Assembly (NCBI RefSeq): GCF_018350175.1
Contig: NC_058368.1
Span: 218,924,001 to 218,988,000 of the forward strand
Length of the DNA: 64,000 bases
Reading direction: 5' to 3'
Source of the DNA: Felis catus
Taxonomy: Eukaryota
The notes under the pieces were generated by a model. That model had not been told where the DNA came from. It saw only the letters and a program-made list of their open reading frames with translations, and did no database searches. Positions within the stretch are counted from its first letter, which is position 1; each line of letters begins with the position of its first letter. This document shows, in pieces, positions 12,896 through 27,748 of this stretch. The translations under genes were made by a program, and so were the position numbers.

Positions 12896-12962
12896 ATTTT
12901 TTTAATTTAATTTTTTTAAGGAGGGAAGGAGAAATACCCAGGCTTCTCTCTTCTTCTTCTTC

Positions 12963-13155
12963 TTTTTTAATGTTTGTCTATTTTTGAGAGAGAGAGCATG
13001 AGTGAGGAGGGGCAGAGAGAAAGGGAGACAGAAGATCATATGTGGGATATGCTCTGACAGCAAAGAGCCCGATGTAGGGCTTCAACCCACGAACCATGAG
13101 ATCATTACCCATGTTGAAGTCAGACACTTAACCAATTGAGCTACCCAGGTGCCCC
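12963..13155 (-). mobile_element. Can-SINE (older)
   Basis: Ends ...ccaattgagctacccaggtgcccc. Confidence 0.9.
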
Positions 13156-13785
13156 AATAAATGTTGTTATTGTTTTTTTTTAAAGTAACCTTGATATCAT
13201 CTCTCCATGAAACTAGGATGTCAAAAATGGCCTCAGTTTTTCTTTTCACCTGGGCTTTCCTTTTTTTCATTAGGCCATCTGCTGTGTCATCATCAAGGAG
13301 AAATTTATTTCCAAGAGTATCATAAATGGCACATAATTTTTACTCCACGTTTAAATATGTAAAGGACATACACATTTTGTCTTGGTATTAATCATTCATT
13401 GAATAATGTTTTGTTTCATAAAATAATTGTAGCATATATAAAAGTATATAAAATTAAACTATAAAATATATAAATACTACATTTCAAATTCCTGATATAC
13501 ATATTAAAAAGCACAGATGTAATGATTCATAATTTATAGTTATTGTTTGTCAAACAGAATGATTATTAGCTAAGTAATCATCAACCACAACATGGCAGAG
13601 AATACTTGGTATTTGGTAATTTTTGCAAATAAACTTTCCTAAAACTATGCACTTTGTCATGTCATAAGAAATATAATTTGAATTAAAAGTATATTCAGAG
13701 TAACATCTTAAAATTTGATAGCAAAGTATAATTTTATAAAACATATATATTAAAGCTATATTTTAAAAATAGAAACTCATATCCT

Positions 13786-14003
13786 GGGGCGCCTGGGTGG
13801 CGCAGTCGGTTAAGCGCCCGACTTCAGCCAGGTCATGATCTTGCGGTCCGTGAGTTCGAGCCCCGCGTCAGGCTCTGGGCCGATGGCTCAGAGCCTGGAG
13901 CCTGTTTCCGATTCTGTGTCTCCCTCTCTCTCTGCCCCTCCCCCGTTCATGCTCTGTCTCTCTCTGTCCCAAAAATAAATAAACGTTGAAAAAAGAATTT
14001 TTT
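13786..14003 (+). mobile_element. Young feline SINE (SINEC_Fc3-like)
   Basis: CpG-rich; perfect 19-bp TSD aaatagaaactcatatcct at 13767-13785 and 14004-14022. Confidence 0.97.
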
Positions 14004-14031
14004 AAATAGAAACTCATATCCTAAAACTGGG

Positions 14032-14033
<2 letters not shown>

Positions 14034-14080
<47 letters not shown>

Positions 14081-14097
14081 CGCGCGCGTGTGTGTGT
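14034..14097. repeat. (GT)n(GC)n(GT)n alternating purine-pyrimidine microsatellite
   Basis: Seen directly. Confidence 0.95.
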
Positions 14098-14487
14098 ATG
14101 AGAGAGAAAGACAGAAATGCTGCTGTGATGAAATTTACAAATATGGCCTTATTATTATAACTAAGGTTGGGAAGTGTGTTCAAGATTTCTTTGCCCTTTT
14201 TTAATACTTGAGTGCAACTTACATTGCTATATACTAAAACCATTGGAGCATCAGTTGTATGTATAATTTAATTCTATTAGTTTTTGCTTTGCATAATTTG
14301 ATGCTCTGTATGTTCTTCTTGGAGAATGGACCCCATTTTCATTATGTAATATCCTTCTTTATCCCCAGTAACTTTTTTTTGTTTCAAATCTGCCCTGTCT
14401 GAAATTAATACAGCTACTTGTGCTTTCTTTTGATTAGTGTTAGCAGGGTGCATTTCCCATTAACTTTTAATCTTTATGTATCTTTTT

Positions 14488-14683
14488 CTTTTTCTTTTTC
14501 AAGTTTATTTATTTATTTTGAGAAAGAGAACAAGCAAGGAAAGGGCAGAGAGAGAGGGAGAGAGAGAATCCCAAGCAGGCTCTGCACTGTCAATGCTGGG
14601 CTCAAACTCACCAACCATGAGGTCATGACCTGAGCTGAAATCAAGAGTCAGAAGTTGAACCAGCTGAGCCAGCCAGGCACCCC
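14488..14683 (-). mobile_element. Can-SINE (SINEC_Fc2-like)
   Basis: Canonical; imperfect TSD tat(g/a)tatctttt. Confidence 0.92.
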
Positions 14684-14714
14684 TATATATCTTTTCATTT
14701 AAAGTGGGTTTCTA

Positions 14715-14855
14715 GGGGCAACTGCGTAGCTCAGTCGGTAAGTATCCGACTTTAGCTCAGAGCCCAGAGCCTGCTTCGGATTCTGTGTCTCCCTCTTTCT
14801 TTCTGCTCCTCCCCTGCTTGTGCTCTGTTTCTCTCTCAAAAATAATTTTTTTTTA
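14715..14855 (+). mobile_element. Can-SINE with ~60-bp internal deletion
   Basis: Head joins directly at gctcag to agcccagagcctgcttcgg; TSD gtgggtttcta at 14704-14714 and 14858-14868. Confidence 0.9.
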
Positions 14856-15589
14856 GTGTGGGTTTCTAGAAGATGATATATAATAGATGACATAGAGTTA
14901 GGCTTGTTTTTTGTTCAACAGGACAATCTCTCTCTTAAATAGTGCATTTCAACTATTGATATTCAAAGTGATTATTGAAACATTTAAATTAATATCTATC
15001 ATATTCATTACTGTTTTTCCTTTGTTGCTCTTGTTATTTATTTCTATTTTTATTTTCTACCCTTTTTTTGCTATTTGGAATTTTAACTGAACATTTAATA
15101 TGATTTCATTTTTTCTCCCTTCTTAGCATATAGGTTATACTTTTTGTTTCACTTTTTATTTATAATTTTTATTATATCATATACATATATTTATATATAA
15201 TTATGCATAATTGAGTATATTGTGGGTATTACTATTTTGAACAAATTGTAATATATTAGATCAGTTAGGAATTAGAAAAAAAGAGGGTTTTTATTTTGCC
15301 CTTGCTTATTCCTTTCTCAAAGAAATGATATGCCAAGGTGTACTTTGGCATTTATCCTGTTTGCTGTTTTTTTGAGCTTCCTGGATCTTTTTTTTTTTTT
15401 TATGATGTCTGACATTAATTTGGGGAAATTTTCAGTCATTTTTGTTGCAAATACTTTTTCCGATCCTCCCTTTTCCCTTCTTTTTCTGGTTATTCTGTTA
15501 TGCATATGTTACACCATTTGTAGTCTTCCCATTTGGATATTCTGTATCCAAAGTTTTGTATAGTCTTTGTTTTCTTTGTTTCTGTTGTT

Positions 15590-15765
15590 ATTATTTTTTA
15601 AATATAGTTGACACACAAGGTTACACTACTTTCAGGTATACAACATACTGATTCAACTTCTCAGTATGTTCTCTGTAAACTCACTGCAAATGTAACTACC
15701 ATCTGTAACCATGCAACACTATTGCAATATCATTGACTATATTCCCTATGCTGTGCCTATTATTC
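15590..15765 (-). mobile_element. L1 3'-end fragment inserted in the older L1
   Basis: atatagttgacacaca..gttaca.tactttcaggtatacaacatactgattcaa...ttgactatattccctatgctgt. Confidence 0.75.
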
Positions 15766-16129
15766 TTTGGAGTCTTTGGTTGCTTTGATTTTCAGTTTTA
15801 GAGGATTCTATTGATATACCCTATCACTCAGTCTTTCCTCAGTGATGTCCAGTCTACTGATAAGTGCATCAAAGGCATTCTTCATTTCTGTATTTTGTTG
15901 TTGGTGGTGGTGGTATTCTGTTTGTTTGTTTGTTTTAATCGCTAACATTTCTTTTTGCTTTTAGGATTTCTGTCTCTCTAGTTACATGCCCTGCCCATCT
16001 CTCCTGCATGCTAATTACATTATCCATTAGAGCCCTTAGCAAATTAATCAAAATTGTTTTAAATTCCTGCTCTGATAATTCCATCATCCTACTATGTCTG
16101 GTTCTGAAGTTTTGTCTCTTCAACTTGCA

Positions 16130-16134
<5 letters not shown>

Positions 16135-16177
<43 letters not shown>
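16135..16177. repeat. (GT)n microsatellite
   Basis: Seen directly. Confidence 0.95.
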
Positions 16178-16181
<4 letters not shown>

Positions 16182-17312
16182 GCCTTTTGGTTTGTGTTGT
16201 AATTGTTTTTTGATAGTGGGGCATTATGCACAAGGTAAAAGGAGCTGCTGTAAATAGGCACTTCCTAATGTGGTGTTGTACTGTGGAAAGCGTTACATAG
16301 CCCTGTGGTTATTTCTCGGTGAAGGATCCATGCATCTGGAGTGTGAACTTAACAAGTAGTGGGGCAAGATGGCTAAAGTGGGATCCATTGGGTATGTATA
16401 TCCCTTCCCCCACTTGAGTTAAGCATTGGTTAACTAGTTTCCCCTGAGGGAGTTATTCAAAAACATTTTTTTTTTCCTCTCCACCAGCTTGGACAAAGAA
16501 GTGATTTTTCTCAAATATTTACTAAGGGAATTTGATTAACCTTTTGGAGATAAGTCTCACAATAGTGTGGGGCCCCCCTGTGACTGGGTCCCTCTGGAGC
16601 TACACTGAGCCTCCAGCAATTTGCCAATTAACTTTAGGTTTTTTTTTTTCTCTCCAGGCACTGGCTCCTGAGGCAGCTTTTGCTTGTGAGTCTGCTCTGG
16701 TAAGTCAAAACCCTCTGTATTTGACCTGTCTCTTCAGTCTTGGAAGCAGCTGTTTACCCTGTGAACTCCTCTTAGGGATCCAAGAAGAGTCGATTTTTTT
16801 TAGTTGGTTGAGCTTTTTATATTGTTCAGATAGAGTGTCAACTTCTGAGCTCCTTACATGCAGTACTTGGAAATTATAAATAATTTGTTTTTTAAAGGTT
16901 TTATACTACATATTATAAATCAGGAGAAGAAATGCTGGTCATTATGATGATCACATTTATTTGAAATAAGCTGGGAAAGGCAACACAAAGTGTCTTGAAA
17001 ATTACTATTATCTAGAGAACACTGTGGGTAATAAAAGTGTATGCTTTATTAATGAACAGTAATTTTAATTTGGGTATTTTTTTTCAAGGCACTAGTGCCT
17101 TAACGTGATGCCAGTTTATGTCTTTGTGAATTTAATTGCTCTGAAGTGTTGCCTTTGTTTTTTTGTTTTTGTTTTTTTCCTTATAATGTATGCAAATGAG
17201 TATTTTCAGGGTAGCCAGGAAAAGTACCTTGGGCAGTAAAGGAAAGCCCCTTACTCTATGGTAATTAATTTGCCACTCAAAATAAGTTTTGCTATTTAAA
17301 AAAAATGTTGTA

Positions 17313-17526
17313 GGGGCGCCTGGGTGGCTTGGTCAGTTAAGCGTCCGACTTCGGCTCAGGTCAGGATCTCAAGGTCCGTGGGTTCGAGCCCTGCGTCTGG
17401 CTCTGTGCTGACAGCTCAGAGCCTGGAGCCTGTTTCAGATTCTGTGTCTCCCTCTCTCTGTGACCCTCCCCCGTTCATGCTCTGTCTCTCTCTGTCTCAA
17501 AAATAAATAAACGTTAAAAAAAATTT
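17313..17526 (+). mobile_element. Can-SINE (SINEC_Fc-like)
   Basis: TSD aaaaaaatgttgta on both sides. Confidence 0.95.
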
Positions 17527-17748
17527 AAAAAAATGTTGTATTCATTAGTGGTGAACTGTAAATATATATTTACTTCAAATAGTCAAATATAAGCTAAATT
17601 ATCGACTTTCCAATGTTTTCTAAGTAGGTTTGATATATTATCTTAGTATACTGTATTCATCATTAGACATTAGTTCAATTTATACATTATTTATTTATTT
17701 TACTTATATTTTATATATTTATTATTTACCTAATAATATATATTTAAA

Positions 17749-17959
17749 ATTTTAATGGTTATTTATTTATGAGAGAGAGAGAGCGCTAGTGAGCCAGAGT
17801 GCGAGTGGGGGAGGGGAACAGAGAGAGGGAGACACAGAGGCAGGCTCCAGGTTCTGAGCTGTCAGCACAGAGACCCACACAGGGCTTGAACCCGTGAACC
17901 ACGAGATCATGACCTGAGCCAAAGCTGGACACTTAAACCACTGAGCCCCCAGGCACCCC
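17749..17959 (-). mobile_element. Can-SINE (SINEC_Fc-like)
   Basis: Canonical antisense copy; TSD-like atatatttaa. Confidence 0.93.
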
Positions 17960-18499
17960 GATATATTTAATTAATATAAATATAAAATAATTATATATTA
18001 ATTCAATTTATGATTATTAGTTTTTAGAATAACACTAGAAAGGATTCCACTTAAATTGCTATCTTAGTTAAGCATTTATAATGTTGACTATATTTTGGAT
18101 AGTTTAACTCATTTCTCAATTATCCAGATATGCTGTTGTCTTTGACTTTTCCTCTCAAATCATATGTAAGTCCAGGCTTCCTATCACAAAATATTATTTG
18201 ATGGTTTACCTCTTTGAACATTTTTAAAGTATAATGGGTAGACGTGATAAAATGTGTTTGCTAATTATGAAACCAGAAGCACAAAAAATATAACTTCTTC
18301 TATTTTTCTATTTATATTTGTTGCATATCAATTAAGACAGAGAGAGTGTGGAGAAACTGTCAGTTTTTACTCCCATTTTAAGAAAACAGGTGTTGGAAAT
18401 TTTGCAGAATATGAATTTAGGATTATCTCCATCTCTACTTTTCTATTCCTGTTTTTGAAGTGTCACTTATTCCAAACATATATTAATACTTAATATCTT

Positions 18500-18770
18500 A
18501 ACAAGTTTCAGGTCCCACATTAAATGTCAGTTCTAAATACTGGATTTGTTCCTGCACCAACACACAATGTCTTTGCAACCACAATGTCTTTTTATCACAG
18601 GTATCATAATAGTAATGATTTGGGTGATTGTATACTCACTATGACTCCCTTGGTGAATTAACCATAAGCCATCTAAGGACAGAGAACTTTTATCTTTGCT
18701 CCATTGTCAATCTGGGTTGTGTCATAGGGCCAGTAGTTGATTTAAAAAATGTTGAGAACATAAGTAAATT
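18500..18770 (+). mobile_element. L2 3'-end remnant
   Basis: taagccatctaaggacagagaacttttatc...gccagtagttgatttaaaaaatgttgagaa resembles the L2 tail. Confidence 0.45.
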
Positions 18771-19487
18771 CCTTATCTAATGTCTGTGACAATCTACAGT
18801 GTAAAATATGTTAGATAAATCAATGCATCCATTCAGGGTCAGTATGGATATTTCACTTAACTGTGCTTGATTTTTATTTCCACTCAATCATAAATCATCT
18901 GTAATTTTAAAGATATTTCTCTCTGCTTTTAAAAGCTAACTAAAGGCAATGTTTTGTTACCTTAGCAAAATATGTCAACATAATATGCATGTTGAAACAA
19001 TGGCAAAAAACAGTTTAATGCATGGATTACATTGCACGTTATAATAGATCTTGGGTAATTTATATTTTTATGTAACCAATACAAATTTTAAAGCCTATAG
19101 AATATGAGCAAAAATATAAAAAAAGTAAAAGTAACCTTTTAAAATTACCTTCTGTACTCTTACTAGTCAGGGAGGAGTCATTGCTAATATTTTAGCTTAT
19201 TATTTCAGGAATTTTTTTTTTCTCTTGTGAAACTATGTGGTAATCAGTGTGGATGTGGATGTGACTTATATTACTGGAGATTTTTCCATGGATGAGATGT
19301 ATGTTTTCATATACATACATACATATGTACATATACAGTTATGGGCATATAATTATGTGTGCATAATTTATATCATGCATATGCTGTAAGGTGGTATATG
19401 CATTTCAATTTTGTATCATGATTATAGCTATTTTTTTCCATTTAATATCATTTTGCTAGTACTTTTCCATATAATTTATTCTGAAAT

Positions 19488-19698
19488 AATTTTGTTTTGT
19501 TTTGTTTAAAGTTTATTTATTTATTTTGAGAGACAGGAGAGGAGGGGCAGAGAGAGAGAGAGGGTGAGAGAATCCCAAGCAAGCTGTGCACTGTAGTGCG
19601 GAGCCTGCCATGGGGCTCAAACTCACAAACCATGAGATCATGACCTGAGCTGAAAGCAAGAGTCAGAAGCTCAACTGACTGAGCCACTCGGGCGCTCC
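19488..19698 (-). mobile_element. Can-SINE (SINEC_Fc2-like)
   Basis: TSD tattctgaaat at 19477-19487 and 19699-19709. Confidence 0.93.
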
Positions 19699-20304
19699 TA
19701 TTCTGAAATTATTTTTAATGGCTGTGTATGACCATTTTCTTCTCTTTACTCACTTTAGACTATTTCAAATCCTATAAAATCTCTGTAGAGTATCTGTTCT
19801 TTCATAAAGAGAAGTTACCATTGATGCAAAGGTATTCTTTCAATGTGGTAGTGAAACTATGATGAACTGAAATGAGTTATTCTTACAACAGTTGCCTTGA
19901 ATATATCTGTTTCATCTTCAATATGAGCTGCTCTTAAGTCTATTCCTAGTTCTCTAAGTATTAATGCTGTTCTTGTTTTGAGCATAGGAGTATGTATTGA
20001 CTACTGCGTAAACTCTATTGCCACCTTTCTTTTTATTTTTCATATGTTGCATCCTCAGCATCAGCATACAAAGATAAATATTAGAGGCAAAGTTGGGGTT
20101 AAGAGTGTTCTGGCCAGTTGCCAAGGCAATGACAACATTACCTAAACCGAGTATATGGTTGATTGTCAATGCCAGTTTGCATGCTTTATATATACTGTTG
20201 TTTTCTTATTTTTTTATTATGTATTTTTTATTTCATTGTGGCAAACAGTGTGTGAAAGAAAAATTACCCCTGGCCTTTCTTTTTGGGTGGGTAATTTTAC
20301 ATTT

Positions 20305-20960
20305 TGTTTCATTAAAATATTTTGTTGAATATTAACCATATGTTAGGCACCACTTTACATATCGGACTATATCAATAGAGAAAGTGCTTACCCTATTATT
20401 GAAGGAGGAAAATAATAATCACATAGATAAATAAAATAATTTAAGTGCACATAAATTCTATGAATAAATATGGAAGAGGCTAATGTCAGAAGTATGGGAG
20501 GGGCTTATATAGTAGAGTGGTAAAAATAACTATGTGTTGATTTTGAACTGAGATTGAAATGATAACAAAGAAGTAGTCATGAAATTATGGATCATGAGTG
20601 TTCTATACATGGGAGAAAAAAAAACATGTGATAATGCATGGCAGTTAAAAAACAAAATAAAACAAAACAGCAGAGGATACTAGCTGGCAAGAAAAGAGAA
20701 TCCAAGAAGTGGTCAGAGAAAAAGGCAGGTAGGTGATTGTAAGTCATGGAAAGGGGTTTGGGTTCTTTACAAGATACAATCATGAGGAGGATATCATCAG
20801 TTTTATGAATGATTGTGACATAACCTCATGTTATGTATTTATATATATATTTATTTTAATCTTTCTGGATATTTCATGGAGAATGAGTCACATGGTAGCC
20901 AAGTGTCATGTACAGAAATGAGTTATGAGATTCTTTTAGTAATTTGAACATCTAATGATA
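20305..20960 (-). mobile_element. L2 fragment
   Basis: ttcattaaaatattttgttgaatattaaccatatgttaggcac, tttgaactgagattgaaatgata, tgtaagtcatggaaaggggtttgggttc. Confidence 0.65.
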
Positions 20961-21279
20961 TGTACTTAAAATGCCAGCTTATAATATAGCAAAAACATTG
21001 AAAAATATTCAAATTCTTTGAACAATCAATTCTACTTTTTATAAGTGTATGTTAAATGAATAATTATTGTTGTGCTATGAGGAATTTTAGATATCACTAT
21101 AGTTATATTTAAAATAACGAGTTAACAATTTAAAGATCCAAAATAGATATTCAAATATATTGCTATCTAATGTTTTGTTTTTCACTAAAACTATGCTTTA
21201 AAATTATATATCATGACATAATGTGTTGTTTATAATACATTACTTAAAGACAAACTAAACAACTTGTTCACTTCTATTT

Positions 21280-22880
<1,601 letters not shown>

Positions 22881-22919
22881 TCATTGTCTTTTAAGTCATA
22901 GTTAAAATTTTTAAATATA

Positions 22920-23145
22920 GGGGCGCCTGGGTGGCGCAGTCGGTTGGGTGTCCGACTTCGGCCAGGTCACCATCTGCGGTCCGTGGGTTCGAGCCCCGCG
23001 TCGGGCTCTGGGCTGATGGCTCAGAGCCTGGAGCCTGTTTCCGATTCTGTGTCTTCCTCTCTCTCTGCCCCTCCCCTGTTCATGCTCTGTCTCTCTCTGT
23101 CCCAAAAATAAATAAACGTTGAAAAAAAATTTAAAAAAAATAAAA
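22920..23145 (+). mobile_element. Young feline SINE (SINEC_Fc3-like)
   Basis: CpG-rich; TSD taaaatttttaaatatag at 22903-22920 and 23146-23163. Confidence 0.96.
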
Positions 23146-23624
23146 TAAAATTTTTAAATATAGAAATATAAAATTCATGGTAATTATTTATGTAATACAA
23201 ATACTTTAGCAACTTAGCAAATACTTAGCAAATAGAGTCATAACAGTAAATAGGAGCTTCAGGAACATTTACCCAAGTGTTTTATGTTTCCATAAGAAAT
23301 GTGTGATAATCATAGGAATGTCCTAGTCAAATATAAACTCAGTTAGCTGACTGCAAATTATAAGCTTAACTCTGGCTCACATGTAGTAAAAAATAATTAC
23401 ATGATCTATCAAGGGGTACATGAACTTCCTGTCATGTTAACTTTATAGTGTTTTACTAGTCAGTAGGGGACTGAATATTTTGTATATTTTGTTTTACTTT
23501 CAAATAACAAATTTAAAAACAAATCATATAGTCTACTTTTATCCATGTATCTCAAGTATGAATATTAAATTTTAAAACCTTCTGAAAATAGTTAAATAAG
23601 AATAATTTCAATTATTTAAATTTT

Positions 23625-23915
23625 TGTTTTATTTTTTAATTTTATTTTTTCCAATTTTATTGAGAAAAAAATTACATACATCACTGTGTAAGCACAAGGC
23701 ATACTGAATGATGGATTAATTCACATATATTGTGAAACGATTACCACAATAGGTTCAGATAACATTTGTCTTGTCTTACAGGTATAATAAAAAGGAAAGA
23801 AAGAATAATTAGGAGGGAAAAATCCTCCTTGTGATGGGAACTCAGGATTTACTCTTTTAACAACTTTCACGTATAATCACACAGCAGTGTTAGCTATAGT
23901 CATCATGTTGTATAT
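23625..23915 (-). mobile_element. L1 3'-UTR fragment (L1MA/L1_Carn-like)
   Basis: ttttattgag...tatattgtgaaacgattaccacaata...cagcagtgttagctatagtcatcatgttgta. Confidence 0.8.
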
Positions 23916-25254
23916 TTTATGTTTTTAAGGAGTAAATATTCCTATAGTTCTCAAGTTATCTTAAATGATTATACATTATAATTATTTTTTGGTTACTTTC
24001 AATACCTCTTAATCTTTAATGATGCAAAAAATACACTACTGTGTACATGCATACCTACACACACATTTTTTATTAACTTATACCAATTTTTAGTCCTTTT
24101 TTTATGTGCTGCTTTCAATGATTTATGCAATACCATTTATTATTAAAATTTATCTAAATACATTCTCTGTAGTTATTAAAATATTTCAACCTTTTAAAAT
24201 TTCTATCCTTGTATTTCACTTTAATATCATAATTCATTTAACATTGTTCTGTTTCTTGTCTCCCTGCATCAGTATTGACTCTGTTTTATATCTTTACATC
24301 CATAATAATAATAAAACACAGAGAACAACAAATAATTCATTTTGTGCACATCTATTCAGAAAATTGCTACATCTTTGAATTCCAAAACAAAATCATATAT
24401 TTGATGTAGCAATACATAAGCTATGCCAAGATAGTTAACATTTATTCCAGGAGGTGTTTTTCATTTTTATTCTCCCTTTGCAGAAAAGAGAAAATTCTCC
24501 TTAATCATATTTTAAACAAAACACTTATGTAGCCAGTTCACCAAAGATTATGACAGAGGAATATGTTACTTTTGAAAAAAACAACTCTATCCGTATGTTA
24601 TAAATGAGAAACAGAGCAGTACAGTGGGGGAAAAAAGCCTTTATCTTTTTTTTTAGATTATTGCTTATGTTTTTTTTTTATAGATTTGAATGAGTAAATC
24701 ATCTTTCCTAATCCATCTCGCTATTATCTGAGCAATTTTCTTTTCTTTGTTTTTTCCTCTTTATTTTTTTTTTATTTTTTTATTTTATGTATAATCTAGA
24801 AGTCCTATAAGGAAAGCATAAAGCAGAGTGCAAATACTGGAGAGATATAGAGGAAGTCAGATGTTGACGGTCTTCAGATTTAATAGTCATTGCTTAATGG
24901 CCATGGTCATATTGAGGCAATTTGTAACTGACAAATGTAGATGTTTTCACATTGGTGAGAGACAAATAGGAAGAATAGGATGTAATGTAGGCTCCAAGAA
25001 CTACTATGTTAAAATTTTCCTTTAGAATATTATAACAAATAGAAAAAATGAGGAAATTAAAATGTGCATCCCAGTTTTATAATTCAACCAAAGCTCTCTT
25101 TCTCCAGCCCGAATTACATGTTCAATTTTAAACTTGGTAGGACCTCTTACAGTTAAGTTGTAGAAAAAAAAATAATCTCTTGCATATATATTAGGATCCT
25201 GTGAAGACGGTAGATTACACTGAACAAATTGGAAAGTTAAGAATTGAAGTTCAT

Positions 25255-25474
25255 GGGGCGCCTGTGTGGCTCAGTCGGTTGAGTGTCCGACTTGGGCTCA
25301 GGTCATGATCTCGCAGTTTGTGAGTTTGAGCCCTGCATCAGGCTCTGTGCTGACACTCGGAACCTGGAGCCTGCTTCAGATTCTGTGTCTCCCTCTCTCT
25401 CTGCCCCTTCCCTGCTCATGGTCTGTGTCTCTCAGTCTCTCTGTCTCTCAAAAATGAATAAATGTTAAAAAAAA
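25255..25474 (+). mobile_element. Can-SINE (SINEC_Fc-like)
   Basis: Imperfect TSD ttaagaa(t/c)tgaagtt. Confidence 0.95.
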
Positions 25475-26295
25475 TTAAGAACTGAAGTTGAAGTAATTCT
25501 GTCCCCCTGTACATTAAGGGTAAATTATTCCAGACCCATTTGATAAAAACAAGTGAAATCTTGCACAATTGTTGATTAGAGATATTTTTTGCTACTCTAA
25601 CACTGTCATTATAAGATTTAAATGGTCAGGAAAACATCAGGGATTTTATGTAGGCAAACTCTGAGCATCAGAAATCTAGAATACCACCTCAGCATCCTTT
25701 GAAGTCTACTAAAAAGGGTTACATACAGTCACAGTTCTAAAGGAAGTCTTGGATTATAAGAAGGTTTCCATAAAAGGACCATAGAACAAGGACTGGGCAG
25801 TTTTTTAAATGCTTAAATTGGGATACCTAGAATGTAATGTGTTTTTTAATAGGGTGTCTGAGGAACCAGCTCTGTGCAAAACATAGGAAATAAATTAATG
25901 TTGACACAGATAATCTCCTAATTGAAATATAAGAATGATTATTGTATTGAACATTGCATGGAATTGCAGTGAATGCATAAATGCTGCAAATCTTAGACAA
26001 ATAAGAAACTGTTTAATATATAGTATCATTCTGTCATTAAGATTATCCTGTAAATGAAGACATATTACACTTTAAGTAAGAAAAGGAAAATGGAAAGACG
26101 CTCCTGACTCAGGAGTCACATATAATTATTACATAGTGACAGAATGAGAAAGCATATCAATCATATATTGGCAGTAAGCTCTTAGAGGTCCATGGCTTAT
26201 GACTTGTTCCTATTTAAATCCCATATATTCTTATGATGCCCATCAAATAATAAACACTACCAAAAAACTGACCAACTGATTTGCTAATTAAAAGA

Positions 26296-26508
26296 GGGGC
26301 ACCCGGGTGGCTCAGTCAGTTAGGTGTCCAACTCTTGGTTTCTGCTTGGATCATGATCTCGCGTTTGGTGAGTTTGAGCCCCATGTTGGGCTCCACATAC
26401 AGCAGCACGGAGCCTGCTTGGGGTACTCTCTCCCTCCATTTCTCTCTCTGCTCCTCCCATGCTCATGCTGTCTCTGTCTCTCTAAAAATTAATAAATAAA
26501 CTTAAAAA
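26296..26508 (+). mobile_element. Can-SINE (SINEC_Fc2-like) abutting an L1 insertion
   Basis: Canonical head and tail. Confidence 0.92.
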
Positions 26509-26520
26509 AAGTTAATGTGC

Positions 26521-26652
26521 AGTTGGCCATCTGTATGGCTTCTTTGCAGCATTATGTACAATAGCCAAATTATGGAAACAGCCCAAGTGTCCATCTACTG
26601 AAGAATGGATAAAGAAGATGTGATATATATATAGTGTGTGTGTATATATATG

Positions 26653-26693
<41 letters not shown>

Positions 26694-27556
26694 GTATATA
26701 TATACATATATATATATACAGGTGTACAATATATATATATATACATATATACATATATACATATATATACATATATACATATATATACATATATATACAT
26801 ATATACATATATATATACATATATACATATATATACATGTATATATACATGTATGTATATGTATATACATGTACATATACATATATGTATACATGTATGT
26901 ATATACATATATACATACATATATATGTATATATACATATACACATGTATGTATACATGTATGCATATGTATATACATGTACATATACATATACGTATAT
27001 GTATACATGTATGTATATGCATACATATATATATGTACATACATATATACATATATATATACATATATGTGTATATATATATATACATATATATACACAC
27101 ACATGCACTATATATATGTAGTATAGTATATATACAGTGTATATATAGTATAGTATAGTATATATATAGTGTATATATAGTATATATAGTGTATATTGAA
27201 GAATGGATAAAGAAGATGTGATATATATATATATATACTATATATATATTATATATATAGTATAGTATATATACAGTGTATATTATATATATATAGTATA
27301 GTATATATATATAGTGTATATATATTATATATAGTGTATACCGAAGAATGGATAAAGATATGATATATATATACTATATATATACTATATATTTATGTAT
27401 AGTATATATACTATATATATATATACTATATATTTATGTATAGTATATATACAGTGTATACTATATATATATAGTATAGTATAGTATAGTATAGTATATA
27501 TATAGTGTATATATAGTATATATAGTGTATACTGAAGAATGGGTAAAGAAGATGTG

Positions 27557-27594
<38 letters not shown>

Positions 27595-27696
27595 TATATA
27601 TATATATATAGTGTAGTATATATACAGTGTATATATAGTATAGTATATATATAGTATATATATAATGTATATATAGTATATATATATATATATAGG

Positions 27697-27748
<52 letters not shown>

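Larger units (their letters stand above)
14290..16870 (-). mobile_element. Ancient L1 (L1MC/MD-like) 5' part (5'UTR, ORF1, start of ORF2), interrupted by SINEs and a younger L1 tail
   Basis: Antisense ORF2-EN-like ctgtctgaaattaatacagctact; ORF1-like TENFPKLMSD (ORF 15317..15505) and ELSEQEFKTILINLLRAL (ORF 15935..16261). Confidence 0.75.

Noticed and set aside
17086..17101. Perfect 16-bp palindrome aaggcactagtgcctt
   Set aside because: A palindrome of this size is expected by chance in 64 kb
26512..27158. 160-198-aa Y/I/M/C-rich ORFs on both strands
   Set aside because: Translation of TA-rich microsatellite
26599..27560. Spaced ~23-bp direct repeats superficially like a CRISPR array
   Set aside because: The repeat is L1 ORF2 sequence, the spacers are microsatellite, the DNA is mammalian, and there are no cas genes
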